A stretch of DNA of 64,000 nt. Source: an uncultured Prevotellaceae bacterium. Its GTDB lineage: Bacteria; Bacteroidota; Bacteroidia; Bacteroidales; Bacteroidaceae. The notes under the pieces were generated by a model. That model was not told the DNA's origin. It made no database searches and saw only the letters and a list, made by a program, of their open reading frames with translations. Of the stretch, positions 9,286 through 18,469 are shown in pieces (the stretch's first letter is position 1; every line of letters begins with the position of its first letter). Made by a program: the position numbers and the translations under genes. Location: NCBI GenBank assembly GCA_937915745.1, contig CALGGJ010000069.1:5544-69543 (forward strand), in the 5' to 3' direction.

Positions 9286-9383
9286 AATGCCCCACAGACG
9301 AAAAAACAACGTTCTCACGACTTTTCACCACACTATTCACCATTTTATTCAACATTCGTGATGCATTATTCGGCAAAAACTCG

Positions 9384-9391
9384 TAACTTTG
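9384..9391 (+). promoter_or_regulatory. Bacteroidota -7 promoter motif (TAACTTTG)
   Basis: Lies 27 nt upstream of the ATG at 9418 and inside the ORF-track extension that starts at 9358. Confidence 0.6.
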
Positions 9392-9417
9392 CACAGATAA
9401 CAACTAAATACAGGAAC

Positions 9418-10062
9418 ATGAAACGACTCATATATGCAATCATCCTTGCCACAATGCCATTCATGGCAAGTGCACAAAACACCGGTCTGTTTGGTTCAAA
9501 CACCTCAGGTACAAAGAAAGCGACCGACTATTCAGCCTACATGCAGGGTGCAGTACCCGAGTCGGGAGGCAAGGTAGTATTCTCACACACATTCAAGACA
9601 TCCGGCAAAACCCCTGCCGACATCTATACCGCACTTGCCTCATGGGCATCGGCACGATACATGGCCGACGTGGAAAACGGCAAATGGAACGACAAAGACT
9701 ACTTCCGCAACCTGCAATACTCGCGTGTAAGCCAAACCGACAAGCAGGCGGGACTCATCGTTTGCCAAGGATGCGAAGAGCAGGTGTTCTCAAACAAATT
9801 CCTTGAAAAAGACTACACAGAAATCGAATATGTACTCACCATCAACATCAAAGACACGGAAGTAAGTGCTACCATGACCGACATAGCCTACAACTACACA
9901 TTCGCCTCAAACCGCGAACGACGTACGGCCGAAACTGTCATCACCGACTCTGAAGTATTCACCAAGAAGGGCAAGTGGATAAAATCATACCGTAAGTTCC
10001 GTGTCAAGACAGTAGATTTGGCAAACGAACTATTCCGCGAAATAGCATACACCATTGAGTAG
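9418..10062 (+). CDS. hypothetical secreted protein (DUF4468-like)
   Basis: Start moved to M21 (MKRLIYAIILATMPFMASAQ signal peptide) because the promoter motif lies inside the longer ORF. No catalytic motif recognised. Confidence 0.5.
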   Translation: MKRLIYAIILATMPFMASAQNTGLFGSNTSGTKKATDYSAYMQGAVPESGGKVVFSHTFKTSGKTPADIYTALASWASARYMADVENGKWNDKDYFRNLQYSRVSQTDKQAGLIVCQGCEEQVFSNKFLEKDYTEIEYVLTINIKDTEVSATMTDIAYNYTFASNRERRTAETVITDSEVFTKKGKWIKSYRKFRVKTVDLANELFREIAYTIE

Positions 10063-10071
10063 AAAAAGCGC

Positions 10072-10338
10072 ATGAAGTCCGACGAAATCGACAAGATAAT
10101 AGCCGAGGCACTCGAAGCCGACAAGCAAAACCGCAAAAGCCGCCACCACACTCATCACACCAAGACCGACACCCTGCTCACTGTGCGCAAGGTGCTTAAT
10201 GTGGTGTTTATGGCAGGATTCGTAGCTGCAATCATCATCTTCTTCGCACTACCCGAGCAGAAACTATTGTTCTATAGCGTAGGATTCGGTGCACTGTTTA
10301 TCAAAATAATCGAATTCTTCATCCGATTCATGCTCTGA
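10072..10338 (+). CDS. small membrane protein, hypothetical
   Basis: 88 aa with a charged N-terminus followed by two hydrophobic helices. Tightly spaced between neighbouring genes (gaps of 9 and 3 nt). Confidence 0.45.
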   Translation: MKSDEIDKIIAEALEADKQNRKSRHHTHHTKTDTLLTVRKVLNVVFMAGFVAAIIIFFALPEQKLLFYSVGFGALFIKIIEFFIRFML

Positions 10339-10341
10339 GAG

Positions 10342-12402
10342 ATGAAACACGCCATCACCCTCCTCATAACCATACTCCTGACACAAATAGCCTCGGCACA
10401 ACGCATCGTAGGCGAACTTGAAGCCAATACCGACATGGTCATGACCCCAAACGACTCAATCGGTCGGCGCAACGGCACCGACAAAGACAAGAAGTCGGGT
10501 GTGCCGGTAGATATCAAAGCATGGACCATCGACCCTACCTATGGCAACCGCACCACGGCCCTCGTCGATACCGTGATGCATCAATTCCACAACAAAAACC
10601 TTTCAGAAGGCATCAACGGACACTACATCCACCTGGGCAACCTCGGCTCGCCACGCATTAATCGCATATTCATGGAACGGCGCGACATAGGAGGCGATTT
10701 TATATTCGTCAACCCGTTCGACCAATTCTACGTACCCTCCGACCAATTCCTCTATTACAACACCAAGTCGCCATACCTCAACGCCACATACAACTTCTGT
10801 GGCTCGAAGACCACCGGAGACGACCACGTGAAGGTGATATACACCAACAACGCCGGACGTAAGATTAACTTCGGCGGACTGTTCGACTACATGTACGGAC
10901 AAGGATACTACGATTCACAATCCACATCCTACATGGGTTCGTCGGCATGGGCCTCATACATAGACGACACCTACGACCTCCACCTGCAATACACCCACAA
11001 CTACATGAAACTCACCGAAAACGGAGGCATCACCGACGATACATACATCACACACCCCGAAAACATGGAACGCAGCTATGCATCCAACGACATACCTACA
11101 TTCCTCGCCAGCACATGGGCCAGACAAGAGCACGACATCCTACACCTCAACCACCGATTCAACCTTGGATTCTACCGCACAGAAGGCGACTCAACCGACA
11201 CACGGTCAGTATTCGTGCCGGTCACCAGCATATTCCACACACTCGACCTCAGATACATGCGGCGCGCATATATTGCCTACAACACACCGTCGGGCTACCA
11301 CACACACGACTACCTCCCGGCCGACTCGACCAACGACCGCACGAAAAACCTTGCACTGAAAAACATAATAGGCCTCTCGCTGCGCGAAGGATTCAACCGC
11401 TACGCACAAGCCGGCCTCAATGCCTATATCAGCTTCGACCACCAGACATTCGAACTGCCCGACACTCTGCCTACACCACTCTCGGCAACCGCCAGATACA
11501 CCAGCCGCAACAAACAGAGTGAAAACACGATGAGTGTGGGCGGACAGATAATACGCACCCAAGGACATACCCTGCACTACAACATAAATGCCGAAGTAGG
11601 ACTCACTGGCGCACACTCGGGCGACCTCGACCTCAAGGCATCAGGCAACCTCAACACGCCAATACTGGGCGATACGGCAAGGCTCAACATCAATGCCTAC
11701 ATAAGCCGGAAGACACCTGCATACTACATACGCCACTACCACTCGCGACATGCATGGTGGGACATCGACCCCGACAAAGAGACACGCACGCGCATCGAGG
11801 CTCAACTCTCGTGGGAGAAAACAAAGACACAACTCACCGTCGGAGCCGAAAACATGAAAAACTACATCTATTTTGCCAACACAGGCACGGCAAATACCAC
11901 AGGAGCCAACATCGCATTCAGCAATAACATCAGCCCCATGCAGTGTGGCAGCAACCTGCAAGTACTGAGTGCCAACCTCCGGCAAGACTTCCGTTTCGGA
12001 ATACTCCACATAGACAATGATGTGACCTACCAGCACTCAACCAACACCGACGTACTGCCACTACCTGCAATATCGCTCTACCACAACCTGTATATCAGTT
12101 TCACCTATGCACGTGTGCTCAATATAGAGATTGGAGGCGACATGAAATACTTCACGTCGTACTACGCACCCAGCTATTCACCCGTCGTCAGTCAGTTTAT
12201 GACACAGCGGCAAGCCGACCGCATCAAGATTGGCAACTACCCCATCTTCAGCGTATATGCCAACCTCGACCTCAAGCGCACACGATTCTACATACAGTAC
12301 TACCATGCCAACCAGTCAGACGGCCGATATTTCTGGGCACCAGGCTATCCGGTCAATCCTAAAGGCATACACATGGGCATCAGTTGGAACTTCTATGATT
12401 GA
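10342..12402 (+). CDS. putative outer-membrane beta-barrel protein (putative porin family)
   Basis: 686 aa with a signal peptide (...IASAQ). Rich in Tyr/Asn/Thr/Gly with alternating beta-strand pattern and an aromatic-rich C-terminus (GISWNFYD). Confidence 0.55.
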   Translation: MKHAITLLITILLTQIASAQRIVGELEANTDMVMTPNDSIGRRNGTDKDKKSGVPVDIKAWTIDPTYGNRTTALVDTVMHQFHNKNLSEGINGHYIHLGNLGSPRINRIFMERRDIGGDFIFVNPFDQFYVPSDQFLYYNTKSPYLNATYNFCGSKTTGDDHVKVIYTNNAGRKINFGGLFDYMYGQGYYDSQSTSYMGSSAWASYIDDTYDLHLQYTHNYMKLTENGGITDDTYITHPENMERSYASNDIPTFLASTWARQEHDILHLNHRFNLGFYRTEGDSTDTRSVFVPVTSIFHTLDLRYMRRAYIAYNTPSGYHTHDYLPADSTNDRTKNLALKNIIGLSLREGFNRYAQAGLNAYISFDHQTFELPDTLPTPLSATARYTSRNKQSENTMSVGGQIIRTQGHTLHYNINAEVGLTGAHSGDLDLKASGNLNTPILGDTARLNINAYISRKTPAYYIRHYHSRHAWWDIDPDKETRTRIEAQLSWEKTKTQLTVGAENMKNYIYFANTGTANTTGANIAFSNNISPMQCGSNLQVLSANLRQDFRFGILHIDNDVTYQHSTNTDVLPLPAISLYHNLYISFTYARVLNIEIGGDMKYFTSYYAPSYSPVVSQFMTQRQADRIKIGNYPIFSVYANLDLKRTRFYIQYYHANQSDGRYFWAPGYPVNPKGIHMGISWNFYD

Positions 12403-12503
12403 AGCCATTTTGCCCTGCCAGATTTAGGCTCCGTCATTTCCTTCATGCGGCATGAAGGAAAGAAAAACTCCGCAAAAAATTTTCAGCTGTCAAGGTTTTT
12501 TCG

Positions 12504-12511
12504 TACCTTTG
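12504..12511 (+). promoter_or_regulatory. Bacteroidota -7 promoter motif (TACCTTTG)
   Basis: About 90 nt upstream of the ATG at 12601. Confidence 0.5.
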
Positions 12512-12600
12512 CACCCGATTTCTACATAACACCTGTAGTTTCTGCTGGCAGACATTACTCCTCATTTTAGTATTAATATCAACGTAAAAAGATTCTCTTT

Positions 12601-13851
12601 ATGAAGAAACAAGAAGGAGGAATGTCAACCATACTCACGTTCACCATCCTCTCAATTTCGCTGCTCACCGTCATGGCAGGAGCGGCAGTGGCCCCGGCTC
12701 TGGGCATCATACACAGCCATTTCAGCACGGCCCCCGACATGCTCATCAAGTTCATCGTCTCGTTGCCGGCATTGTTCATCATCGTTGTCAACCTGCTGTT
12801 TCCGCAGGTGTGCCGCGTGTTGCGCACGCGCACCATTGCCATCATCGGACTTCTCGCCTACGTGGTGTGCGGGTGCGGAGCATTTTTTACCGACGACATC
12901 ACGAGCCTGCTCATCCTGCGAGCCCTGCTGGGAGTCAGTGTAGGCCTTATCATGCCACTATCCACCGGTTTGCTGGCATATTATTTCCCTCCCGAAGCAA
13001 TGGCCCGGCTCATGGGTCTCTCGGCTGCCATGAATCAGGTTGGAGGAGTCGTCGCAACACTCCTGGCAGGCCTGCTGGCTTCGATAGAATGGAACTACGC
13101 ATTCCTTGTATATGCACTGGGGCTGATAGCAATATTGCTGGTTGTGGCATATCTGCCAAACGAGAAACTCACACCGGCACGAGGTTACAGACAGGAGGCC
13201 GGCCGTGTGGAGCCAGGCAGTTGCGGGCACGAGGCACGCACTATTGCACGGCAACAAGGTGCATGGGTTATGCTACGCAGGTTCCATCCATCGGTAGTTG
13301 GCATGTTGCTGTGTATGGCTATATTCTTTGTGTTTGTAAGCAACTTTGCCATAAGCGAAAACTCACGTTTCAGCACCATGACCATCACCTACATCATGGT
13401 GGGAGTAGATGTCGTGGCATTCATCATGGGACTGCTCTTCGGTCATATCATGGGGTGGATGCCACGGCAGATGAAGTATATAGCACCCTCGGCATTTATC
13501 GTAGGTTACATGCTTCTGGCATTCGTGCCCGACACGACATGTGTGCTCATTGGCGGAGCCTTGATAGGTGCCGCCAATGGGGTTGGAATACCATACCTCA
13601 ACACCATTGCAAGCATAAAAGGAGGCAAAGAGAGTGTGACGACCGTCATGCCGTTCATCTCGGCCTCGCTTTATCTCGGGCAGTTCCTTTCGCCCATAGT
13701 TGTAGGTGCAGTAAGCCACACTCTGTTCGACGGCAACATACGCGGTCCATATATAGTGGCAGTCATGATGGGTGTCATCTACCTCATGCAGGTGGTGCTT
13801 ACCCGACACTTCCAAAGCCTGCCACCTGCGAGTGCGCACTCACAAGGCTGA
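12601..13851 (+). CDS. MFS transporter
   Basis: 416 aa with about 12 hydrophobic segments split by a central charged loop (RGYRQEAGRVEPGSCGHEARTIARQQG). Confidence 0.8.
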   Translation: MKKQEGGMSTILTFTILSISLLTVMAGAAVAPALGIIHSHFSTAPDMLIKFIVSLPALFIIVVNLLFPQVCRVLRTRTIAIIGLLAYVVCGCGAFFTDDITSLLILRALLGVSVGLIMPLSTGLLAYYFPPEAMARLMGLSAAMNQVGGVVATLLAGLLASIEWNYAFLVYALGLIAILLVVAYLPNEKLTPARGYRQEAGRVEPGSCGHEARTIARQQGAWVMLRRFHPSVVGMLLCMAIFFVFVSNFAISENSRFSTMTITYIMVGVDVVAFIMGLLFGHIMGWMPRQMKYIAPSAFIVGYMLLAFVPDTTCVLIGGALIGAANGVGIPYLNTIASIKGGKESVTTVMPFISASLYLGQFLSPIVVGAVSHTLFDGNIRGPYIVAVMMGVIYLMQVVLTRHFQSLPPASAHSQG

Positions 13852-13912
13852 GACTCCGCAGTCGTGACACCGAGAGTGCGCAGTCGTGACACCGAGAATG
13901 CGCACTCACAAG
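13830..13912. repeat. 22-bp-periodic palindrome-core repeat array (GAGTGCGCACTC family), locus 1
   Basis: GAGTGCGCACTC at 13830-13841. Two direct units GCAGTCGTGACACCGAGA at 13857-13874 and 13879-13896. ATGCGCACTCACAAG at 13898-13912 repeats GTGCGCACTCACAAG at 13832-13846. The array overlaps the last codons of the MFS gene. Confidence 0.85.
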
Positions 13913-13961
13913 ACAGTGGCTTACCATCAGGCAAACCTGAAGAACATAATGAGAGGCAGAC

Positions 13962-13989
13962 AAAAAAACGATGTTCACATCGTTTTTTT
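13962..13989 (+). terminator. intrinsic terminator (bidirectional-looking)
   Basis: AAAAAAACGAT-GTTCAC-ATCGTTTTTTT: an A-tract, a perfect stem and a T-tract downstream of the MFS gene. Confidence 0.75.
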
Positions 13990-14022
13990 GCTTTTCATCA
14001 CCCCCATTTACATAAAAATCAT

Positions 14023-14030
14023 TACCTTTG
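14023..14030 (+). promoter_or_regulatory. Bacteroidota -7 promoter motif (TACCTTTG)
   Basis: 32 nt upstream of the ATG at 14062. Confidence 0.6.
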
Positions 14031-14061
14031 CATCGTATTGACAACAAAATAATTACTGACC

Positions 14062-15216
14062 ATGAGAAAAGAATTAATTATCGCAGTTGCTATGTTGATG
14101 AGCATTGCGTGCAACGCCCAAGAGGTGAAACTACCGGCTCCCAACACAGCCCGACAGACGCTGACCCTGATGCAGAGCCTCAAACAACGCAAATCCATGC
14201 GCGAATTCAGCCAGCAGCCACTCTCACAACAAGACCTGAGCGACCTCTTGTGGGCAGCACAGGGTGTGAACCGCGACAACGGCAACCTTACCGCAGCCAC
14301 CGCCATGAACCGCCAGGAGGTAAGAGCCTATGTGTTCGACTCGAAAGGCGTGAGCCTATACAACCCCAAGACCAACACACTCACCGAGGTAGTCAGCGGC
14401 GACCACCGCGACCTCATGACCGCCGGACAGGCTTTTGCCCGAACTGCACCGGTGACGATACTGCTCGTGGTGGATTTCCAGAAATTCGGCAGCACAGGCG
14501 AACGTGCACAATGGCTGACAGGCGTTGATGTAGGCATAGTGAGCGAAAACATCTACCTCTTTGCCGCCGCTACCGGCATGAACACCGTGGCACGTGCCAT
14601 GATGGACGCTCCGGCTATATCAAAACTGCTGAACCTCACCGACCGACAAGTGCCGGTATTGAATCATCCCGTGGGATATTCACTCTCCAAAACCGAAGCA
14701 GTGACACCCGCAGAAGATAAGACCATATACGACTTCGACGTGAAAAACCAGAAGATGGAAGACGTGAGCCTCTCTGCCTACAAAGGGAAAGTGCTGCTTG
14801 TGGTCAACACCGCAAGCCACTGCGGATTTACACCACAGTATAAGGAACTCGAGGCAATCTACGAGGAACTGCACGACAAAGGTTTCGAGATACTCGACTT
14901 CCCCTGCAACCAATTCGGGTCACAAGCCCCTGAAAGCGATGCCGACTACCAGGCATTCTGCCAACTCAACTACAGCGTGAAGTTCCCACAGTTCCACAAG
15001 ATAGACGTGAACGGCGAAAACGCAATACCACTCTACACCTGGATGAAACAACAGACACCGGCAGTGAGCGGACGCAACGGACAGCAGACAACCGACATAC
15101 GATGGAACTTCACCAAATTCCTCATCGACAAGCAAGGCAACGTAGTGGCACGATTTGAGTCGAACGCCAAGCCACAAGACATCGCACCTGCAATAAAAGA
15201 ACTGCTTGCCAAATAA
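14062..15216 (+). CDS. fusion protein: nitroreductase-family (SagB-like) domain plus glutathione peroxidase domain
   Basis: 384 aa with a signal peptide (...SIACNAQ). N-terminal nitroreductase-like region (SMREFSQQPLSQQDLSDLLWAAQGVNR). C-terminal GPx signatures (LLVVNTASHCGFT, LDFPCNQFGSQ, IRWNFTKFLID). Confidence 0.75.
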   Translation: MRKELIIAVAMLMSIACNAQEVKLPAPNTARQTLTLMQSLKQRKSMREFSQQPLSQQDLSDLLWAAQGVNRDNGNLTAATAMNRQEVRAYVFDSKGVSLYNPKTNTLTEVVSGDHRDLMTAGQAFARTAPVTILLVVDFQKFGSTGERAQWLTGVDVGIVSENIYLFAAATGMNTVARAMMDAPAISKLLNLTDRQVPVLNHPVGYSLSKTEAVTPAEDKTIYDFDVKNQKMEDVSLSAYKGKVLLVVNTASHCGFTPQYKELEAIYEELHDKGFEILDFPCNQFGSQAPESDADYQAFCQLNYSVKFPQFHKIDVNGENAIPLYTWMKQQTPAVSGRNGQQTTDIRWNFTKFLIDKQGNVVARFESNAKPQDIAPAIKELLAK

Positions 15217-15237
15217 CACACAAAGACCCCGCACAAC

Positions 15238-15651
15238 ATGTACCTGCAAATAGCCGACCGATATATCGACCCACAGACACTTCTTTCGGCCAAGCGCACC
15301 ATCATATCCATCGGCCGCCACACCGACGAGGCATACAACACAATAGCCCTCAACGACCCGCAGGCCGACATCTTCCAATGTCAGATAAAACACACGGCCG
15401 ATGGATGGATCCTGAACAACGGACAGTGGCGCACCGAATGTCCTAAAGGCATACGCTCAAGACTGCAACATGCCTGCAACATGTGTACCGGCCGGTGCGT
15501 GAACACACACACGGCAAACCCACACTACTCGTGGCGCATACCTCTAATACCCACACTCATCAACGGACACACCATCCAACCCGACGGACAGCCACTCATC
15601 GACGGCGATTCAATACTGTGCGGACAAACCATCATAAACGTAAGAGGATAG
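15238..15651 (+). CDS. FHA-like domain protein with Cys-rich insertion (hypothetical)
   Basis: 137 aa. FHA-like ends (ISIGRHTD... and TLINGHTIQPDGQPLIDGDSILCG) are interrupted by C-x11-C-x2-C-x3-C. Weak call. Confidence 0.4.
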   Translation: MYLQIADRYIDPQTLLSAKRTIISIGRHTDEAYNTIALNDPQADIFQCQIKHTADGWILNNGQWRTECPKGIRSRLQHACNMCTGRCVNTHTANPHYSWRIPLIPTLINGHTIQPDGQPLIDGDSILCGQTIINVRG

Positions 15652-15664
15652 ACATCAACACTGC

Positions 15665-15934
15665 ATGAAAGAAAAAATCAACCGATGGCTCAGCCACCTG
15701 TCGTTCCGTACCGGTGTAACAGTCTTATTGCTATGCATACCATGCTACATCATATCGTTTGCCCAGATGGCCCTCCCCATGAGTGCAGCCATCAAAAGCG
15801 TACTGTGGGTAGTGTTCTTCGGCCTGGCAAAAACATTCCAGTATGGCGGACTCACCATCCTCGGTGTTGACGGGTGGAAACGTCTGAAACAATTCTTCCG
15901 ACACAAGAAAGAAAGAGAGGGAACACCCTACTAA
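15665..15934 (+). CDS. small membrane protein, hypothetical
   Basis: 89 aa with two hydrophobic helices and a basic C-terminus. Confidence 0.4.
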   Translation: MKEKINRWLSHLSFRTGVTVLLLCIPCYIISFAQMALPMSAAIKSVLWVVFFGLAKTFQYGGLTILGVDGWKRLKQFFRHKKEREGTPY

Positions 15935-15988
15935 GGCGCTCCCCCTCTTATGACATTATGTTCTGTTATATGTTACTGAACAGGCGTA

Positions 15989-16522
15989 TCAGAATGCCCA
16001 ATAGAGTCCGAAGTCGATAGCGTTGTTGTCAACACCGAAACCAAACTCGTTGTAAGTATCCTTTACAGTCTTGTAACCCAGGTTACCAACGTGTGATACA
16101 AGGCTGACCTTATCAGAAAGAGTAACCTTGAAACCAGGACGAACACCTACCCAAAATGCAGTAGTGGCATCCGAACCCTTAAGCTTAACTGACTCAAAGC
16201 TTACGCCACCGTCAACAAAGAACGATGCAATACCTGTCTTGGCAAATGTGTAGCGAGCATAAGGATTAACCGAGAATGTAGTAGTGTTATGATCCTTCCG
16301 ACCAAGTTCGTTATTCAGAATGTTGAAACCAAGACCAACGGCTACATCCCAGTTTTCGTTAATGGTGTAACCAACCTCTGGCTTAACAGTAAGTGTAAGC
16401 TGGCTGTCGTCACTACCTTCAAAGTCCTTCACACCAAATCCAAGGGCACCGCCCATCCATACTTGTGCGTTTGCAGAAAGTGCAGATACTGCAACGAGTG
16501 CAGAAAGAATAATTTTTTTCAT
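15989..16522 (-). CDS. small outer-membrane beta-barrel protein (OmpA-barrel/OmpW-like porin family)
   Basis: 177 aa with a signal peptide (...SANAQ), alternating beta pattern and a C-terminal aromatic residue (LYWAF). Confidence 0.7.
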   Translation of the reverse strand: MKKIILSALVAVSALSANAQVWMGGALGFGVKDFEGSDDSQLTLTVKPEVGYTINENWDVAVGLGFNILNNELGRKDHNTTTFSVNPYARYTFAKTGIASFFVDGGVSFESVKLKGSDATTAFWVGVRPGFKVTLSDKVSLVSHVGNLGYKTVKDTYNEFGFGVDNNAIDFGLYWAF

Positions 16523-16656
16523 TTTCTCTTTTGTTTTTAATGTCGCAAATCAATCCTGCCTGCATTGATGTCAAACACACGGGCGGAAATCACCTGCGAC
16601 TGTTATGCCTACTCTTTTTACGAGGTTTTCGGCTGTTCCTCATTATTAACTCGCCG

Positions 16657-16664
16657 CAAAGGTA
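16657..16664 (-). promoter_or_regulatory. Bacteroidota -7 promoter motif (TACCTTTG)
   Basis: The plus strand reads CAAAGGTA. About 135 nt upstream of the ATG at 16522. Confidence 0.5.
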
Positions 16665-16823
16665 AGGAGTTTTTGCTTACCTACCAAATTTTTTAACAAT
16701 AAAAATACACTTTCCTTGCATTTTGACTAACAAAGACATCCTTTCAACCATACACAGCACAATATAAGTAGCAAAAAGTAAGTTCAGATAAAAATCCGTG
16801 TTCGAATAATTTACCATAGTTGG

Positions 16824-18041
16824 TCATGGAATATGTTTCTTCAGTATTTCGCGCACCCGAGGATGCAGAAGGCGACCACCATTTCGGCGGTCGAACATGC
16901 CGAAGCACTCAGTACCGCGACGTCCTGTCACACCATTATCCCAGACAAACGGAGCTCCGCCATTCTGCCTGACAGCCTGCACCACATAATCAAAATAGTA
17001 GGCATACGACTCTTCGACCACACGCAGCTCGTCGGCATCGCCGGCTGTGTGGAAGTTTGCACCCATCTCGCCAACGATAAACGGTACACCATTCGCCGTA
17101 AAAGCATCGTGCAAATTGCGGTATGTGCCATCGATGGCAGCCTCGTCGTTCTCGCTCTCAGTGCCGTAGGTAATATAAGGTCGGCCCCAAAACCTCACCT
17201 TGTCTTGCAGACCGTAGTTGTAAGGGTCGTAATTATGGACCTCTGCTATCAGGCGTTTATCAACAACATCGGCAGGCAAACGAAACAGTTCAAGTCCAAA
17301 CTGTCCGTTGCACACATAAGTCTGCACCGCCAGACAACGCCAGCGATTGTTGCCTCCGGTTGAACGTACTGCATCTACAAAAACCTGATTAAAACCGTTC
17401 TGAACATCTGCATTCTCCTGTGAAGGCCGACCCCAATTGCCAGGTATATGTACCTCGTTGGTGCCTGCAAACACAAGGTGTTGGTCGTAGTTGGCAAACT
17501 CTCGCGCTATCTCTGTCCACAACAATCGCATCTGCTTATATACGTTGGCCGAGTCGGCATACGTAGGATGCGACTCAAGCCACATTTCATGATGAGTGTT
17601 TAACACAACATACATATCGTTGGCCAAAGCATAATCCACAACCTCCTTCACGCGTGAAACCCACTGAGGGTCGATACTCAGCGCTGACCCATCATACACA
17701 AAATGTGGATACCACCTCACCGGCAACCTCAACGAGCGGAAACCCGCAGCATATACCGAGTCGATCAAGGCCTTCGTTGTCACGGGATTACCCCATGATG
17801 TCTCGGTCTCTATGCCGGCAGGAAAACGATACGTCCCCTCTTGGGAGGTGGTATTAACGGTTCTGCGTGGAGCATTATATGCCTCAAGTGTATTGCCGAG
17901 GTTCCACCCCACCCCCATCTGTTGCACTACTTCCACTGCATCGCTGCGCATACCTTTCGGTGCGCGACGTTGAGACGAAACCGACATGCTGTATGACAAA
18001 CATACAGCAATTGTCATAAAAACAAATGCTCTTTTATTCAT
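16824..18041 (-). CDS. glycoside hydrolase family 5 (endoglucanase/mannanase-type)
   Basis: 405 aa with a signal peptide. GH5 motifs: GVGWNLGNTLEA, HHE, FAGTNEV (acid/base Glu), GEMG (nucleophile Glu). Confidence 0.85.
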   Translation of the reverse strand: MNKRAFVFMTIAVCLSYSMSVSSQRRAPKGMRSDAVEVVQQMGVGWNLGNTLEAYNAPRRTVNTTSQEGTYRFPAGIETETSWGNPVTTKALIDSVYAAGFRSLRLPVRWYPHFVYDGSALSIDPQWVSRVKEVVDYALANDMYVVLNTHHEMWLESHPTYADSANVYKQMRLLWTEIAREFANYDQHLVFAGTNEVHIPGNWGRPSQENADVQNGFNQVFVDAVRSTGGNNRWRCLAVQTYVCNGQFGLELFRLPADVVDKRLIAEVHNYDPYNYGLQDKVRFWGRPYITYGTESENDEAAIDGTYRNLHDAFTANGVPFIVGEMGANFHTAGDADELRVVEESYAYYFDYVVQAVRQNGGAPFVWDNGVTGRRGTECFGMFDRRNGGRLLHPRVREILKKHIP

Positions 18042-18242
18042 ATATCCTGATTGTTAATCGTCAACCATAACTGTCACGATGTTCATTCGGACACAAAGTT
18101 ATGGAATAAATTGTAAGAAGCCAAAAGCAAACGTATTTATTTGCAGAAAATATCATATCTTTTCCGTCATTATTTACGAAATCGTCAAATGGTGAGGAAA
18201 GAAGGATGTTTTCAGTAAGCCAAATGAGCAGAGAAGGTTTAG

Positions 18243-18331
18243 CTCGGCGGAGTCAAAGCTTGCCTGCTCTGTCACGGCGAGACCTGACGGAGCAGCGAGA
18301 GCAGAGCAAAGCTTGATTTGACTCTGCCGAG
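18243..18331. repeat. long imperfect inverted repeat (hairpin of about 89 nt)
   Basis: CTCGGCGGAGTCAAAGCTTGCCTGCTCT (18243-18270) faces AGAGCAGAGCAAAGCTTGATTTGACTCTGCCGAG (ending at 18331). Confidence 0.7.
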
Positions 18332-18407
18332 TCGTGACGGAAGAAGACGAAATCAAAACGTCTGAATTTATTCGCACGTTTGTGCTATGCCCCCTGCTGC
18401 CAATCCG

Positions 18408-18469
18408 GCAACCTTCCCGCCCAGTCATACCGACGGAGCGAAGCGAAGGAGTGTATCTGACATGTAACT
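18408..18469 (+). repeat. 62-nt direct repeat, copy 1
   Basis: GCAACCTTCCCGCCCAGTCATACCGACGGAGCGAAGCGAAGGAGTGTATCTGACATGTAACT. Copy 2 at 18651-18712 differs at 2 positions. Copy 1 forms the left arm of a hairpin of about 108 nt (18423-18530) with perfect 16-bp outer arms AGTCATACCGACGGAG / CTCCGTCGGTATGACT. Confidence 0.85.

Noticed and set aside
9358-9417. N-terminal extensions in the ORF track (9358, 35440, 36464, 38699, 42121, 49249 and possibly 18830).
   Set aside because: In five cases (9358, 35440, 36464, 42121 and possibly 18830) the extension contains or overlaps the TAnnTTTG promoter motif. Four of these begin at TTG (35440, 36464, 42121, 49249). In most cases an ATG followed by a signal peptide or a conserved N-terminus lies just downstream. 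The starts were moved accordingly.
12810-13889. 359-aa ORF in an alternative frame overlapping almost the whole MFS transporter gene.
   Set aside because: The translation is Arg/His/Cys/Gly-rich and low-complexity with no family resemblance. The overlapping frame gives a textbook 12-TM transporter. It is a typical shadow ORF of a GC-rich third-position gene.
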